Below, one piece after another: positions 27,489 through 37,903 of a DNA stretch of 64,000 nucleotides (positions are counted from its first letter, which is position 1; each line of letters begins with the position of its first letter). The notes under the pieces were generated by a model. That model did not search any database. It was given only the letters and a program-made list of their open reading frames with translations, and was not told the origin of the DNA. Source of the stretch: a bacterium (GTDB taxonomy: Bacteria; Patescibacteriota; Minisyncoccia; Phycocordibacterales; UBA9973); the NCBI GenBank assembly GCA_021824345.1, contig JAKAKW010000002.1, positions 22,552 through 86,551 on the forward strand. Direction: 5' to 3'. The position numbers were made by a program, and so were the translations under genes.

Positions 27489-29228
27489 ATGACGGCTGAA
27501 ACCAGGCAATGCCAAAACTGCAAGCAAAACTTCGCCATCGCGCCCGATGATTTTTCCTTTTATGAGAAAATCCGCGTTCCTCCGCCGACTTTCTGTCCGG
27601 GGTGTCGGATGCAGAGACGGCTGGCGTATAGGAATACGCATGCATTTTACAAACGGAAGGATAGTTTTTCCGGAAAAGAAATGATTTCCATGTATTCTCC
27701 GGACAAGAACTTAACGGTCATAGACAGGAAGGCCTGGTGGGGAGATAGTTGGGATCCGATAAATTATGGCATTAATTATGATTTTACTAAATCTTTTTTT
27801 TCTCAGTGGAAAGAGTTTCGCGATAAATTTCCCCTGCAAAATTTACAGCAGACAAAATCAGTGAATAGCGAATATTGCAATGTGGCCGAAGAAAGCAAAG
27901 ATTGTTATCTTATATCAGCTTCTTGGAAAAATGAGAGAGTGTTGTATTCCGATTCTATTACTGAAATAAAAGATTCAGCGGATCTGCATGTTGTACGCAG
28001 GAGCCAGTTTTCGTATGAAGATACGGTATGTGCCGACTCTTACCAGCTTTTTTATAGCGAGGACTCTCATAATTGTGTAAATTCATATTTCCTTTTTGAT
28101 TGTCGAAACTGCACTGATTGTTTCATGTGCTCGGGCTTAAGAAGTAAGAGTCACTGTTTTTATAATCAACAATTAAACAAGGAGGAATATCAAAAGAAAA
28201 TGTCTAAAATGGATGTCGGCTCTCATACTCTAATTGAGAATCTGAAGAAAGATTTTGAGGGCATGAAATTGAAATCAATCCGCAAGTTCGCGCACATAGT
28301 AAATTCTTATGATGTTACAGGCGATAATATAGTAAACGCAAAGAATTGCCATATGTGTTTCGACTTGATGAGCGAATTGCAAGATTGCAAATATTCCTTT
28401 TGGGGCGTGCAAGGGAAAGACATATTTGATTGCGGTCCCGGGTTCGGGGTAGTGGAACTGATGTACGAAACCTTCGATGCGGGTCCTGGCGGGAAGAGCA
28501 TCCTTCTGAGCCACAGTATCCACACCTCCGAAAATGTGGAGTATAGTTTTTATTGCCACGATTGCTCTAATATCTTCGCTTGTTTCGGTCTTCGGAACAA
28601 GAGTTACTGCATATTTAACAAGCAGTATTCAAAAGACGAGTATAACGAATTGAGAGAGAAAATTATAAATCATATGAACGAAATGCCATACAAGGACGGC
28701 AAAGAAAACGTTTATAAATATGGCGAATTCTTTCCAGCGGATCTTTCTCCTTTCTGCTATAACGAAACAGTTGCCCAGGATCATTTTCCTATAAAAAAAG
28801 AGGATGCTTTGAAAACCGGCCTTTCCTGGAAAGATATGGAGACGCGCAACTATGTGCCCACTCTTTTTTCAAAAGACATTCCGGATAATATAAAGGATGT
28901 TCCTGACACTATCTTGAGTGAAGTAATAGAATGCGCGCATAAGGGCGCATGTTCTGACAGGTGCACCACTGCTTTTAGAGTTATTCCAAACGAGCTGACT
29001 TTTTATAGAAAGTTCAATATTCCGATTCCTAGGTTATGTTATGGGTGTCGTCATTATGCCAGATTGCACAAGCGCAATCCCATGAAACTCTGGCACAGGC
29101 AGTGCATGTGCGACAAATCCGGCCATGATCATTCAGACAAGTGTCCGAATGAATTTGAAACCAGCTATTCACCCAAGCGGCCGGAAGCGGTATACTGCGA
29201 GCAATGCTATCAAAAAGAAGTTTATTAA
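27489..29228 (+). CDS. Cys-rich protein with N- and C-terminal Zn-ribbon-like motifs (paralogue of the 57-64 kb array)
   Basis: C..C...F.I...DF.FY.K...P.PT.CP.CR; central C/S/N-rich repeats; C-terminus YCEQCYQKEVY. Confidence 0.85.
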   Translation: MTAETRQCQNCKQNFAIAPDDFSFYEKIRVPPPTFCPGCRMQRRLAYRNTHAFYKRKDSFSGKEMISMYSPDKNLTVIDRKAWWGDSWDPINYGINYDFTKSFFSQWKEFRDKFPLQNLQQTKSVNSEYCNVAEESKDCYLISASWKNERVLYSDSITEIKDSADLHVVRRSQFSYEDTVCADSYQLFYSEDSHNCVNSYFLFDCRNCTDCFMCSGLRSKSHCFYNQQLNKEEYQKKMSKMDVGSHTLIENLKKDFEGMKLKSIRKFAHIVNSYDVTGDNIVNAKNCHMCFDLMSELQDCKYSFWGVQGKDIFDCGPGFGVVELMYETFDAGPGGKSILLSHSIHTSENVEYSFYCHDCSNIFACFGLRNKSYCIFNKQYSKDEYNELREKIINHMNEMPYKDGKENVYKYGEFFPADLSPFCYNETVAQDHFPIKKEDALKTGLSWKDMETRNYVPTLFSKDIPDNIKDVPDTILSEVIECAHKGACSDRCTTAFRVIPNELTFYRKFNIPIPRLCYGCRHYARLHKRNPMKLWHRQCMCDKSGHDHSDKCPNEFETSYSPKRPEAVYCEQCYQKEVY

Positions 29229-29743
29229 ATACCGGCGAAGAAAAAAAACAAGGGCGGAGGGTACCCCTCCGCCCCAGAAGGAGTGAAAATGTCGTGGTGT
29301 TGCACAATATTCGCAGTTCCGAAAATGTCGGGGCGATGTTGCGTACATGCGACGCGGCCGGGGCGGGGAAGGTATATTTAGCCGGCTATACTCCGGCGCC
29401 GACCGACCGCTTCGGCCGGCCGAATAAAAAGATTGCCAAGTCCGCTCTTGGAGCGGAGAAGTTCGTGCCTTGGGAACATAAGAAAACAATCACCGCGCTT
29501 CTTGCCAAGTTGAAAAAGGAAGGATATCAGATCGTCGGCGTGGAGCAGGCGCCGAGTTCCGTGAACTACAAAAAAATTCCGCTGAAAAAGAAAAACGCGT
29601 TTATCATGGGCGCGGAAGTGGCCGGCATTCCCGAAAGCGTGTTAAAAAAATGCGACGTAATCTCCGAGATTCCAATGTATGGGAAAAAAGAGTCGCTGAA
29701 TGTCTCCGTGGCGCTCGGGGTAATGCTGTTCGGGCGCTTATAG
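29204..29743 (+). CDS. TrmH/SpoU-family RNA 2'-O-methyltransferase (start uncertain)
   Basis: LHNIRSSENVGAMLRT.DA, GAEVAGI, IPMYGKKESLNVSVA. Confidence 0.88.
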   Translation: MLSKRSLLNTGEEKKQGRRVPLRPRRSENVVVLHNIRSSENVGAMLRTCDAAGAGKVYLAGYTPAPTDRFGRPNKKIAKSALGAEKFVPWEHKKTITALLAKLKKEGYQIVGVEQAPSSVNYKKIPLKKKNAFIMGAEVAGIPESVLKKCDVISEIPMYGKKESLNVSVALGVMLFGRL

Positions 29744-29784
29744 ATTGCGATGCGCGGCGCCCCGGCCTAGGCCGGGGCGCCGCT

Positions 29785-30696
29785 TCATTTCTGATGCACC
29801 GGACAAAAATGGGCGCTTCGTCCATTTATCACTTTCCGGACAATCTTTCCGCGGCAGCCGGGCTTTCTGCATTTTTCTCCGGTGCGCCGGTAGGCCTGGT
29901 GCTGGGATTGGAATTTTCCCGGCTTCCCGTATACGTTGCGATAGTCGGACATCGAGTCTCCTCCGAAATTTATGCCTTTTTTCAAAGTCGCTTTCATGGC
30001 TTTGAACATTTTTTGCAATTCAGGTTCCGTGACGGCCGAGACCCTTCGTTCCGGGCGCACTCCGGCTCGCCACAAAATTTCATCCGAATATATATTGCCG
30101 ATGCCGGCGATAATCGTCTGGTCCATCAGCGTCGTTTTAATCTTTCCGTTTGGTTTTTTCAACAGCCTCTCCTTAAATTTTCCGAAGGTGAAATTTTTTT
30201 CCAGCGGTTCCGGGCCTATTCCGAATAGGTGCTTGCTGTCATGAGCCATTTTCGTATTGAGAAGGGTAATCTTGCCGAACTTTCGCATGTCCGAAAGGGC
30301 CAGCTGTTTTCCTCCCGAGAGGGTGAAGACCACATGCAGAAAACGGTTGAACGGATCCGCCAAGGGTCCGCGGGGGCTTGCCGGAACCCATTTGTTTTCT
30401 TTCACTGAGAATTTGTATTTTCCGCAAAGCAAATGGCCGGTCATCTTCAAATGCACCAGCATAGTGTGCTTGCCGGAAAGGTTTATCAGAATATTTTTTG
30501 CCCGGCGCTCTACGGACAGGATTTTTTTGCCGGTCACTCCCTTTTTAAACCCGGCGAAATACTTCGGATTTGAAATAGTGTCGCCCTTTCGTTTGTCTTT
30601 GGTGGAAAGGTCGGTCCAGACGTCCAGAATAAAGCGTCCCGCGATTTCTTTTTGCAGTCCTCTTTTGGTCGTTTCCACTTCCGGCAGTTCAGGCAT
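29785..30696 (-). CDS. mutM: Formamidopyrimidine-DNA glycosylase
   Basis: MPELPEVET, RRAK, HLKMTG, D.RKFG, AGIGNIYSDE, C-terminal Zn finger. Confidence 0.96.
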   Translation of the reverse strand: MPELPEVETTKRGLQKEIAGRFILDVWTDLSTKDKRKGDTISNPKYFAGFKKGVTGKKILSVERRAKNILINLSGKHTMLVHLKMTGHLLCGKYKFSVKENKWVPASPRGPLADPFNRFLHVVFTLSGGKQLALSDMRKFGKITLLNTKMAHDSKHLFGIGPEPLEKNFTFGKFKERLLKKPNGKIKTTLMDQTIIAGIGNIYSDEILWRAGVRPERRVSAVTEPELQKMFKAMKATLKKGINFGGDSMSDYRNVYGKPGKFQSQHQAYRRTGEKCRKPGCRGKIVRKVINGRSAHFCPVHQK

Positions 30697-30749
30697 GGCA
30701 TTAATTACACAACATTTTTAAAAATGGGAGGCAAGGCCTCCCCCTGTTT

Positions 30750-31316
30750 TTATTTGCCTCCGAGAATCTTTAGAGCCTCTTTTATTTTCCCGTTCGTGCT
30801 TCCTTCCGCGGAGACTTTTTTCAGCGCTTCGCGCGCTTCTCCCTCGCGATACCCGAGCGAGCGCAGAGCTTCCAAGGCATCCAGCTCTTCGTGCAGGGAA
30901 TTTTCCTCTCCGGCCGTTTCAATCTTGTCGCGCAGTTCCAACACGATTTTTTCCGCCGTTTTCTTTCCGATGCCGGATACCCGGGTGAGATAGGCGGTGT
31001 CGCCGGAGCTGACCGCTTTTTCCAAAGTGTCCACGCTGGCAATACCCAGGATGCCCAAAGCGCTTTTTGGACCTATGCCGGGCACATTCATGAGCATTTC
31101 AAAAAATTCAAGTTCTTTTCTGTCGGGGAATCCGTAAAGTTCCAATGCGTCCTCTCTGACATAAGTGTGGATCCAAAGAAAAATCTTGTCTTCCGCCTTG
31201 CCCGCCCTGGACAAAGTGTCCGACGAAACGCTTATTTTATACCCTATGCCGTTTGTCTCCACTATGAGGAATTTGTTCGTTTTGAGCTTTAGATTTCCGC
31301 TTATGCTTCCTATCAT
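30750..31316 (-). CDS. ruvA: Holliday junction branch migration protein RuvA
   Basis: MIGSISG, GIGY, VREDALELYGF, VPGIGPKSA, GIGKKTAEKIVLEL, ALRSLGY. Confidence 0.95.
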   Translation of the reverse strand: MIGSISGNLKLKTNKFLIVETNGIGYKISVSSDTLSRAGKAEDKIFLWIHTYVREDALELYGFPDRKELEFFEMLMNVPGIGPKSALGILGIASVDTLEKAVSSGDTAYLTRVSGIGKKTAEKIVLELRDKIETAGEENSLHEELDALEALRSLGYREGEAREALKKVSAEGSTNGKIKEALKILGGK

Positions 31317-31370
31317 GCCTATATTTTAGCATCATTTGCAAATTCTCGCTTCTTCTGTTAGATTATACCC

Positions 31371-31622
31371 ATGCCAATAACCAAATCAGCAAAGAAGGCG
31401 ATCCGCGGTTCCGCTCGAAAGCGGGCTTATAACGAGCGCAATAAGCGGGCCGTAAAGGAAGCCGTAAAGAAACTCGAAAAGCTGGCAAAAGAGGACAAAT
31501 CCAAAGCGGCGGAAAACCTGTCCCAGGCGTATGCCGCCATTGATAAAGCGGCCAAGCGGGGAGTAATAAAGAAAAACACCGCGGCCCGCAAAAAGTCCCG
31601 TCTTGCCAGGCTGTCCAGATAA
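31371..31622 (+). CDS. rpsT: 30S ribosomal protein S20
   Basis: MPITKSAKKA.R, IDKAAKRGVIKKNTAARKKSRL. Confidence 0.96.
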   Translation: MPITKSAKKAIRGSARKRAYNERNKRAVKEAVKKLEKLAKEDKSKAAENLSQAYAAIDKAAKRGVIKKNTAARKKSRLARLSR

Positions 31623-31649
31623 TTTTGCGCAAACCTAATTAAGGCTTAA

Positions 31650-31680
31650 AAGAAAAACCCTCCAATGGAGGGTTTTTCTT
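31650..31680. terminator. Bidirectional intrinsic terminator
   Basis: AAGAAAAACCCTCCA-A-TGGAGGGTTTTTCTT between convergent genes. Confidence 0.8.
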
Positions 31681-34600
31681 TTAAGCATGATGTTCTCCCG
31701 AAGGCGGGGCGACTATTACCGCCGCCGATCCATAAGCGGATCTTTCGTACAACCATCGAATCGCCGCAACCAGAAGAAGAATCAAAAGGATCAAGAGCAG
31801 CCAGCCGAGCAAGGTGGCGGGCAGGAAGCCCGTGCCGAAGATTGCCGCCGCTCCGAGCGATACGCCCCTGTCTTCCACCAGGTTTTCAAGATAAGCGAAC
31901 ACTTCCTGCTGGTCTCCGGTTCTCTGTATGGTATAAGCAAGGTCCGCGGTAACCACCACATTTTTGCCGGTTACGGCGCTGTCCAGCACCAGGACTGTAA
32001 CTTGAATGCTTCCTTCCTGCTGGGGAGCAAGGTTGCCGATATTGGCGATCACCATGTTATTTTGCGCGGAGTAAGTTCCGAGAGAAGTGCTGCGCCACTC
32101 AAGCTCTTTCGGCAAGGCCACTCTCAGAAGCACGTTGGTCAGGTTTTCCGTGGAAACATTTTTGTAATAGATGATATAGCTGACCGTGTCTCCCTTGTAT
32201 ATGATTTGGGTGTTGGTTGAGATGGAAAGGAATACGAGAGAAGGCTGAGCAGTCCCTCCGGTGACGGAAGAAGTATTGCTGGAAGTGTTGCTTACCACCG
32301 TGGTGTATCTATACACCGTATTGGATCCCGTATCGTTGGTATACACTATCGTGCTTCCGGTGCGGAAAGTATATATGGTTCCCCTGGAAGTGCCGTATGA
32401 GTTTACGACGACGGCCCGGAAATAATACGTGGTATTCGGAGCCAGGCCGGAAACGCCGGAGAAGAACGGCACCGAAGATACATTGCCCATCGGCTGGGAG
32501 TTGGTGGTAAGTCCGAGAGACTGAGTAGTTCCGTATTCAAAGTATCCGGTAGTGCTGGCATTTACATTGCTTCCGATTACCGCCGTTCCGTTCAAAGTTG
32601 CGGAGGTCTGGCCGATATTGCTGGCCGGCATGGTAATGGCTGTCGGGGCGCAGGTGCCGGTGGTAGAGCAGTCTCCGGGATTGATATATGACCCGGTGGT
32701 AGTAAAGGTGTAAGTATTTCCATATACCACATTGCCGTTTGAATCTCTGGCCGCGGCGCGATAGCGATAAGTAGTATTAGGGGAAAGACTGTAAATAGAC
32801 TGGTTGAAGTTTCCGCCTCCGCTGTATTGGCTGGTTTCGTTTGTTCTATTGTTCAAGTAACCGTTCGGGCCCCATTCAAACCATCTTGAAACGTAGTTGT
32901 TATAACTGTATCCGCTGGTGCTGATGTATCCATTCAAAGTGGCGGAAGTGTCAGTCACTCCGGTGGCGGAATAGGTGCTTACATACAGTTGGTTGTTATT
33001 ATTGCAGTTTCCGTAGTTGTTGTAGTAATTGCAGTTTCCGTTATTGTTGGTGGTGAAGCTTATCTGGTTTCCATATACAATCTGCCCGCTGTCGCCCTGG
33101 GCCACCGCGCGGTAGTAGTAAGTGGTATTCGGAGCCAGGCCGGAGAGGTAATAAGTGAAGCTGGTGCCTCCGGTAGACCCGTAGCTATTCTGGTTGGTTT
33201 GGTTATAGAAGTTTGAATTGGTGCCCCATTGGAACCAAGCCGTGGTGTTGTTCCCGCCGTTCGAGGTGACATATCCGTTCAAAGTTGCGCTGCCGTAGTC
33301 CACATTGGAAGCGTTCTGGGTGCTGACAGTAGGAGTGGTGTTGTTATTATTGTTGGTGTAAATGGTCACCGAACTGCTGGCAGACTGGCCCGAGCTGTTC
33401 TGGCAGGAAATGCTGTAAGTGGTAGTGCCGTAGAGCGTTCCGGTATTGAAGCTTCCGCTGGTGCCCCTGCTTCCGGACCACCCGTTGGTTCCTCCGCTGG
33501 CGCTGCAGGAGGTCGCGTTCTGAGAAGTCCAGCGCACGGTAGTGGAGCCGTTGTTATTTAGATTCGTATTATCCGCGGTAATGTTCACGCTCACCGGGTT
33601 GTTTTGCTGGTTCACGTATACGGTGACTGAATTTGTGGCTACCGCTCCGCTTGAACCTCCGCAGGTAATGGTGAAAGTAGAAGTCTGATACAAGGCTCCC
33701 GTGCTGGCGGAACCTGACATAGGCTTATTGCCGGACCAATTTCCTCCGCTTCCCGTACAATATGTGGCGTTCTGGGAATTCCAATTAAGGGTGGAGGAGT
33801 TTCCATAATCAACTGTTGTCGGATTGGCAGTAATAGTAACCGTCGGGTTGTTCGGAACATTTGTCATGCAGGCGGTGCCGTTCCAGGTGGTTCCATAGGC
33901 GCAGGAAGAGGTTGCCACCTTGCTGTCCAAGACAGAGCCTGAATTCTTCAGATAATAGATAGTGGAAGGATAGGCTACCCACGCGGTAATATTTCCGTTA
34001 GCCTGAGAGGAAAGGGTATTTCCGGTATTGCCGTCCACTACCGTTACGCTGTTTGCATTCTGGGTATTCCAGGAAGCGTTTACCGTACAAGTGCTCGCCC
34101 CGGTAGGAATGGTGCAAGAAGTGGGGGAAACCGTAAGGGTGCCTGTTGCGATGGGCTGGTTGCCGACGTTAACGGTCGCGGATCCGTATGCCACTGCGCC
34201 CGTGGAACCGTAACAATTAATGTTGTATGTAGTACTCTGAGTAAGAGCTCCGGTATTAAAACTTCCGGAAATGCTTTGCTGTCCGTTCGGCGCGTTCGTG
34301 CCTCCGGTGAAACTGCAGTAAGAGGCGTTTTGGGAAGTCCAGTTTATGGTAGAAGTTCCATTGTACTGCACGCTGGTCGGGTTGGCCGTTATGGTAACCG
34401 TAGGATTGTTAGGAACATTCGTCATGCAGGCGGTGCCGTTCCAGCTGGTTCCATAGGCGCAAGACGCGTTGGCGGTCTTCTGATCCAAAGTAACGCCGTT
34501 GTTTTTCAGATAATAAGTCGTGGAAGGATATGCCACCCACACCGTCTGGTAAGAGCTGTTCGGGGAAGTGGAAAGCACGTTGCCCGTATTTCCATCTACA

Positions 34601-36369
34601 ACTGAAACATTGTTTTCATTCTGCGTGCTCCAAGAAGCGTTTACCGTACAAGTGCTCTGTCCCGACTGAATAGTGCAGGAAACGGGGGAAACCGTAAGGG
34701 TGCCGGTGGCAACAGGCTGATTGCCGACGGTTACCGTGACGGAATCATAAGCCACCGCGCCGGTGGAATTATAACAATTGATGCTGTAAGTGGTACCGCT
34801 TTTTAGATTACCGCTATTGAAACTGCCGTAAGTATTTTGTTTTCCGCTCGGTGCGTTCGTGCCTCCGGTGAAACTACAGTAAGTGGCGTTTTGGGAAGTC
34901 CAGTTTATGGTAGAAGTTCCATTGTACTGCACGCTGGTCGGGTTGGCGGAAAGAGCTACCGTCGGGTTGCTCTGAGGGCCTACACTGACGGTAACCGATT
35001 GGCTGGCAGACTGTCCGTTTGAACCGTAACAAGTTATTCCGTAATTAGTATCAGCAGTCAGAGCCCCGGTGTTGAAAGAGCCGCCGGTTCCTTTTGAACC
35101 GCCCCAGTTTGTTCCGTTGCCGTAGGCGACGCAACTGCTTGCGCTCAAAGAGGACCAGGTGATGGTGGAAGATCCGCCATACTGAACGCTGGAAGGATTG
35201 GCGGAGATGGTGACGCTTACCGTAGGATTGGGCTGTCTGCTGACGTTGACCGTGACCGAGTTGGAAGCTGATTGGCCGGCGCTGTTGTAGCAGGTGATTC
35301 CGTAAGTAACAGTGGAAGTGAGGGAACCGGTGCTCTGGCTGCCGGAAGTGTTTATACTTCCGCCCCAGCTGTTCGCTCCGCCGGTGGCTGTGCAAGAAGT
35401 GGCGTACTGAGAAGACCAGCGGATGATTGTGGAACCTCCGTAGGAAAGATTGGTGTTGTCTGCGGAAATGCTCGCGGTAGGCGCCTGAATCTGCGGGTCC
35501 ACGGTGATAGTTACCGAATCGGAAGCGGATTTCCCTGCGCTGTTCTGGCAGGTGATGCTGTAAGTAGTGCTTGCGGTAAGATTGCCGGTGTAAGAGCTTC
35601 CATTCAGATTTTTGTTTCCTGCCCATCCGGCAGAACCGCCGTTAGCGATGCAGGAGCTGGCATACTGGGAGCTCCAAGTAATGGTGGTTCCGGTGTTGTA
35701 CGGTATGCGGGTCTGATTGGCGGAGATGCTGACAATCGGATCGGGAAGAGAATTTACTATTACCGTCGCCGACTGGGTGGGGGAGGTGCCTCCGGGCCCG
35801 GTGCAGTTGATGGAATAGGTGGTGGTGCTGGTGAGATTATTTGCATAAAAAGTTCCGCCTGTGCCCACGGTTCCCGCCCAATTGCTTGAGCCTCCGGTGG
35901 CGTTGCAGGAAGTGGCGTTCTGCGAACTCCAGGTGATGGCGGAAGAACCGCCATTCGCTACATTTGAAGGATTGGCGGAGATGGTGGCGGTGGGAGCGGA
36001 AACGGGACAGGCGGGAGTTTGAAAATTATTTATGTTCAGATAACTTGTGCCATAGTTGTTTGTCACTTCCAGCCTATAGTAGTAGGTGGTGCTTTCAGAG
36101 AGACCGTCAATATACTGCTGAATAGGAAAACTGCCTTGCGTATTGAAGGTCTGTACGGTCGTAGGAATGCCCGCTCCGCTTTGTACCTGGCTATAGCTGG
36201 TTCCGTATGTAAACCTGGCCCTAGTAGGCGGAGTTCCGGTGTCTACCGTACCTGTCAGAGTTGCGCTATGACAGGTCATTGCATAGGCCGGAGTCGCGAC
36301 GGAAAACGCCCCAACAAGGGTAACTATGCTGAGCACCGATATTACGCACAATTTTATTTTCCTATTCAT
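31681..36369 (-). CDS. Large Ser/Thr/Asn-rich cell-surface protein (FN3/Ig-like repeats, DUF11-like domain, C-terminal TM)
   Basis: Signal peptide; repeats of ISANP..V..G....I.W.SQNATSC and ATLNG...F.WG...L.PNTTYYYRA; GDTVSY.I.YKN...LPKEL; TM near the C-terminus. Confidence 0.88.
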   Translation of the reverse strand: MNRKIKLCVISVLSIVTLVGAFSVATPAYAMTCHSATLTGTVDTGTPPTRARFTYGTSYSQVQSGAGIPTTVQTFNTQGSFPIQQYIDGLSESTTYYYRLEVTNNYGTSYLNINNFQTPACPVSAPTATISANPSNVANGGSSAITWSSQNATSCNATGGSSNWAGTVGTGGTFYANNLTSTTTYSINCTGPGGTSPTQSATVIVNSLPDPIVSISANQTRIPYNTGTTITWSSQYASSCIANGGSAGWAGNKNLNGSSYTGNLTASTTYSITCQNSAGKSASDSVTITVDPQIQAPTASISADNTNLSYGGSTIIRWSSQYATSCTATGGANSWGGSINTSGSQSTGSLTSTVTYGITCYNSAGQSASNSVTVNVSRQPNPTVSVTISANPSSVQYGGSSTITWSSLSASSCVAYGNGTNWGGSKGTGGSFNTGALTADTNYGITCYGSNGQSASQSVTVSVGPQSNPTVALSANPTSVQYNGTSTINWTSQNATYCSFTGGTNAPSGKQNTYGSFNSGNLKSGTTYSINCYNSTGAVAYDSVTVTVGNQPVATGTLTVSPVSCTIQSGQSTCTVNASWSTQNENNVSVVDGNTGNVLSTSPNSSYQTVWVAYPSTTYYLKNNGVTLDQKTANASCAYGTSWNGTACMTNVPNNPTVTITANPTSVQYNGTSTINWTSQNASYCSFTGGTNAPNGQQSISGSFNTGALTQSTTYNINCYGSTGAVAYGSATVNVGNQPIATGTLTVSPTSCTIPTGASTCTVNASWNTQNANSVTVVDGNTGNTLSSQANGNITAWVAYPSTIYYLKNSGSVLDSKVATSSCAYGTTWNGTACMTNVPNNPTVTITANPTTVDYGNSSTLNWNSQNATYCTGSGGNWSGNKPMSGSASTGALYQTSTFTITCGGSSGAVATNSVTVYVNQQNNPVSVNITADNTNLNNNGSTTVRWTSQNATSCSASGGTNGWSGSRGTSGSFNTGTLYGTTTYSISCQNSSGQSASSSVTIYTNNNNNTTPTVSTQNASNVDYGSATLNGYVTSNGGNNTTAWFQWGTNSNFYNQTNQNSYGSTGGTSFTYYLSGLAPNTTYYYRAVAQGDSGQIVYGNQISFTTNNNGNCNYYNNYGNCNNNNQLYVSTYSATGVTDTSATLNGYISTSGYSYNNYVSRWFEWGPNGYLNNRTNETSQYSGGGNFNQSIYSLSPNTTYRYRAAARDSNGNVVYGNTYTFTTTGSYINPGDCSTTGTCAPTAITMPASNIGQTSATLNGTAVIGSNVNASTTGYFEYGTTQSLGLTTNSQPMGNVSSVPFFSGVSGLAPNTTYYFRAVVVNSYGTSRGTIYTFRTGSTIVYTNDTGSNTVYRYTTVVSNTSSNTSSVTGGTAQPSLVFLSISTNTQIIYKGDTVSYIIYYKNVSTENLTNVLLRVALPKELEWRSTSLGTYSAQNNMVIANIGNLAPQQEGSIQVTVLVLDSAVTGKNVVVTADLAYTIQRTGDQQEVFAYLENLVEDRGVSLGAAAIFGTGFLPATLLGWLLLILLILLLVAAIRWLYERSAYGSAAVIVAPPSGEHHA

Positions 36370-36534
36370 ATATTTCTGATAATTTACCGATAATTATTGA
36401 TTTTACTAATTTGGCACAAGTAGAAAATCTGACCTGATTTCTACTCTTCAAAATCATGGATAACTGCGAACTACTTTCATGACTTTGAAGAGTACAGGAA
36501 GAAAAGTAATATGTTCTGTACTCCTCTTCCTGAA

Positions 36535-37287
36535 TTAGAAACTTAGTTGAGCCCCTATACCCAGCATTCTCCCGACCGTTTGCAGGAAGATCTTGAACAC
36601 TGGACCCGTAACTCCACTAGGCGGTGTTCCCCCGGTTGTAGCAACCTGATGGCCATTGTCATCATGGTTGTGGTGTGTAACCAGGAGGGCAATTCCTATA
36701 CCCAAGGCTGTTGCCGCAACAATTGCTACAATAACTTCAAGCCAAGGAAAGCTATTTGACACCGCGGTTGCAGATGATTCACTGGAAGTTTTTTCCCTAG
36801 GAATTTGAATGCCATCTATTTTTTTTGTCAAAGATGACACGTATCCTTCTAAACTTACAATTTTGTTTTGCAGAAGGTTTAACTCTTCCGCGATCAATTG
36901 AAGTTTGGGATCCTGCACAAACTTAACTTCATTATTGACGATCACTCTTTTTACTACAAGGACGCGTGAACGGTCAATGTAGTCCGGAAACTCGGAGAAG
37001 TTACCACATGCATAGACTGTCCCCTTGCCTATTTTTTTTCCTGGAGTAAAAAAATCAGCGGAATCTACGTCTACAATCAAGCCTGGTCTTGCCAAACCTG
37101 TCGTAAATTTCCCTGAGGCCCCCTCCGTAATAACCTTAGTTTCATAGAGAAGTTTTAAGGTTATTTTGCCTTGGGCCCCGTTGTAATTAATATTCATTGG
37201 ATCTGCCCCCCAATTGATATATTGAGCAGAAGCAGTTCCAAGAAAAAAAAAGGTAACAAAGGTAAAAAATAAAAGATTTACTTTCAT
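36535..37287 (-). CDS. Hypothetical exported/membrane protein
   Basis: Signal peptide, coiled coil, TM helix near the C-terminus; AT-richer than neighbours. Confidence 0.7.
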   Translation of the reverse strand: MKVNLLFFTFVTFFFLGTASAQYINWGADPMNINYNGAQGKITLKLLYETKVITEGASGKFTTGLARPGLIVDVDSADFFTPGKKIGKGTVYACGNFSEFPDYIDRSRVLVVKRVIVNNEVKFVQDPKLQLIAEELNLLQNKIVSLEGYVSSLTKKIDGIQIPREKTSSESSATAVSNSFPWLEVIVAIVAATALGIGIALLVTHHNHDDNGHQVATTGGTPPSGVTGPVFKIFLQTVGRMLGIGAQLSF

Positions 37288-37501
37288 TTTTAAACACCTT
37301 CCTTTCTAATTTATTGTTATAAAATAACATTATTTATTTCATTAAATTTTCCATAGAATAGCATTTTCGGCCTAAAATGTCAAGGGCACGTGCGGGGCGC
37401 ATACAAAGGCGGGAAAGGGCCCTAAAAACAGCCTAAAAAACTGGGAAATTGCCTGAAAAATGAAAATCGCTCCAGGCTGTGGCCGGAGCGATTTTCGTTT
37501 T

Positions 37502-37903
37502 TCATTTTCTTTTTTCCAATTCAATTTCTTTCCTGGTCCGGTCGAATTTAACGACGAAATTGTCGAAGAATCCATTTTGTCCGGCTATTCCATAGGGCAT
37601 TTCATTCTCTGTCATGTTTAGCATGAATCCAGCTTCAATTTCAAAATTTTGTCTTCCTACTCGCATAATTATCTTATGGAGATAGTAAGGAGAAATCTTT
37701 CCTCCAGCCCCAAGCGCTTCGCCTGTTCTTCCCTTTTGAATGTCTAAGCCCAATTCTATTCCTGTTTGAGAACTGAAAACGCAAAAATCAGCTCCAGAAT
37801 CAATGAGAACATCCTGATGTAAAGCGCGAAGCGGAGTTATTAAAGTAATTTCTATAACCGGACGAAATATCCCGGGATAGCATTCCGTATATTTCCACCT
37901 CAT
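37502..37903 (-). CDS. Retropepsin-like aspartyl protease
   Basis: LIDSGAD catalytic motif, GIAGQNGFF (G.LG...F-like); ATG 37903 coupled to the upstream stop. Confidence 0.8.
   Translation of the reverse strand: MRWKYTECYPGIFRPVIEITLITPLRALHQDVLIDSGADFCVFSSQTGIELGLDIQKGRTGEALGAGGKISPYYLHKIIMRVGRQNFEIEAGFMLNMTENEMPYGIAGQNGFFDNFVVKFDRTRKEIELEKRK

Noticed and set aside
29754-29783. Perfect palindrome GCGGCGCCCCGGCCTAGGCCGGGGCGCCGC (and a similar hairpin near 52207-52238) as a mobile element
   Set aside because: Lies at gene ends and is adequately explained as a terminator-like hairpin; no filled/empty evidence
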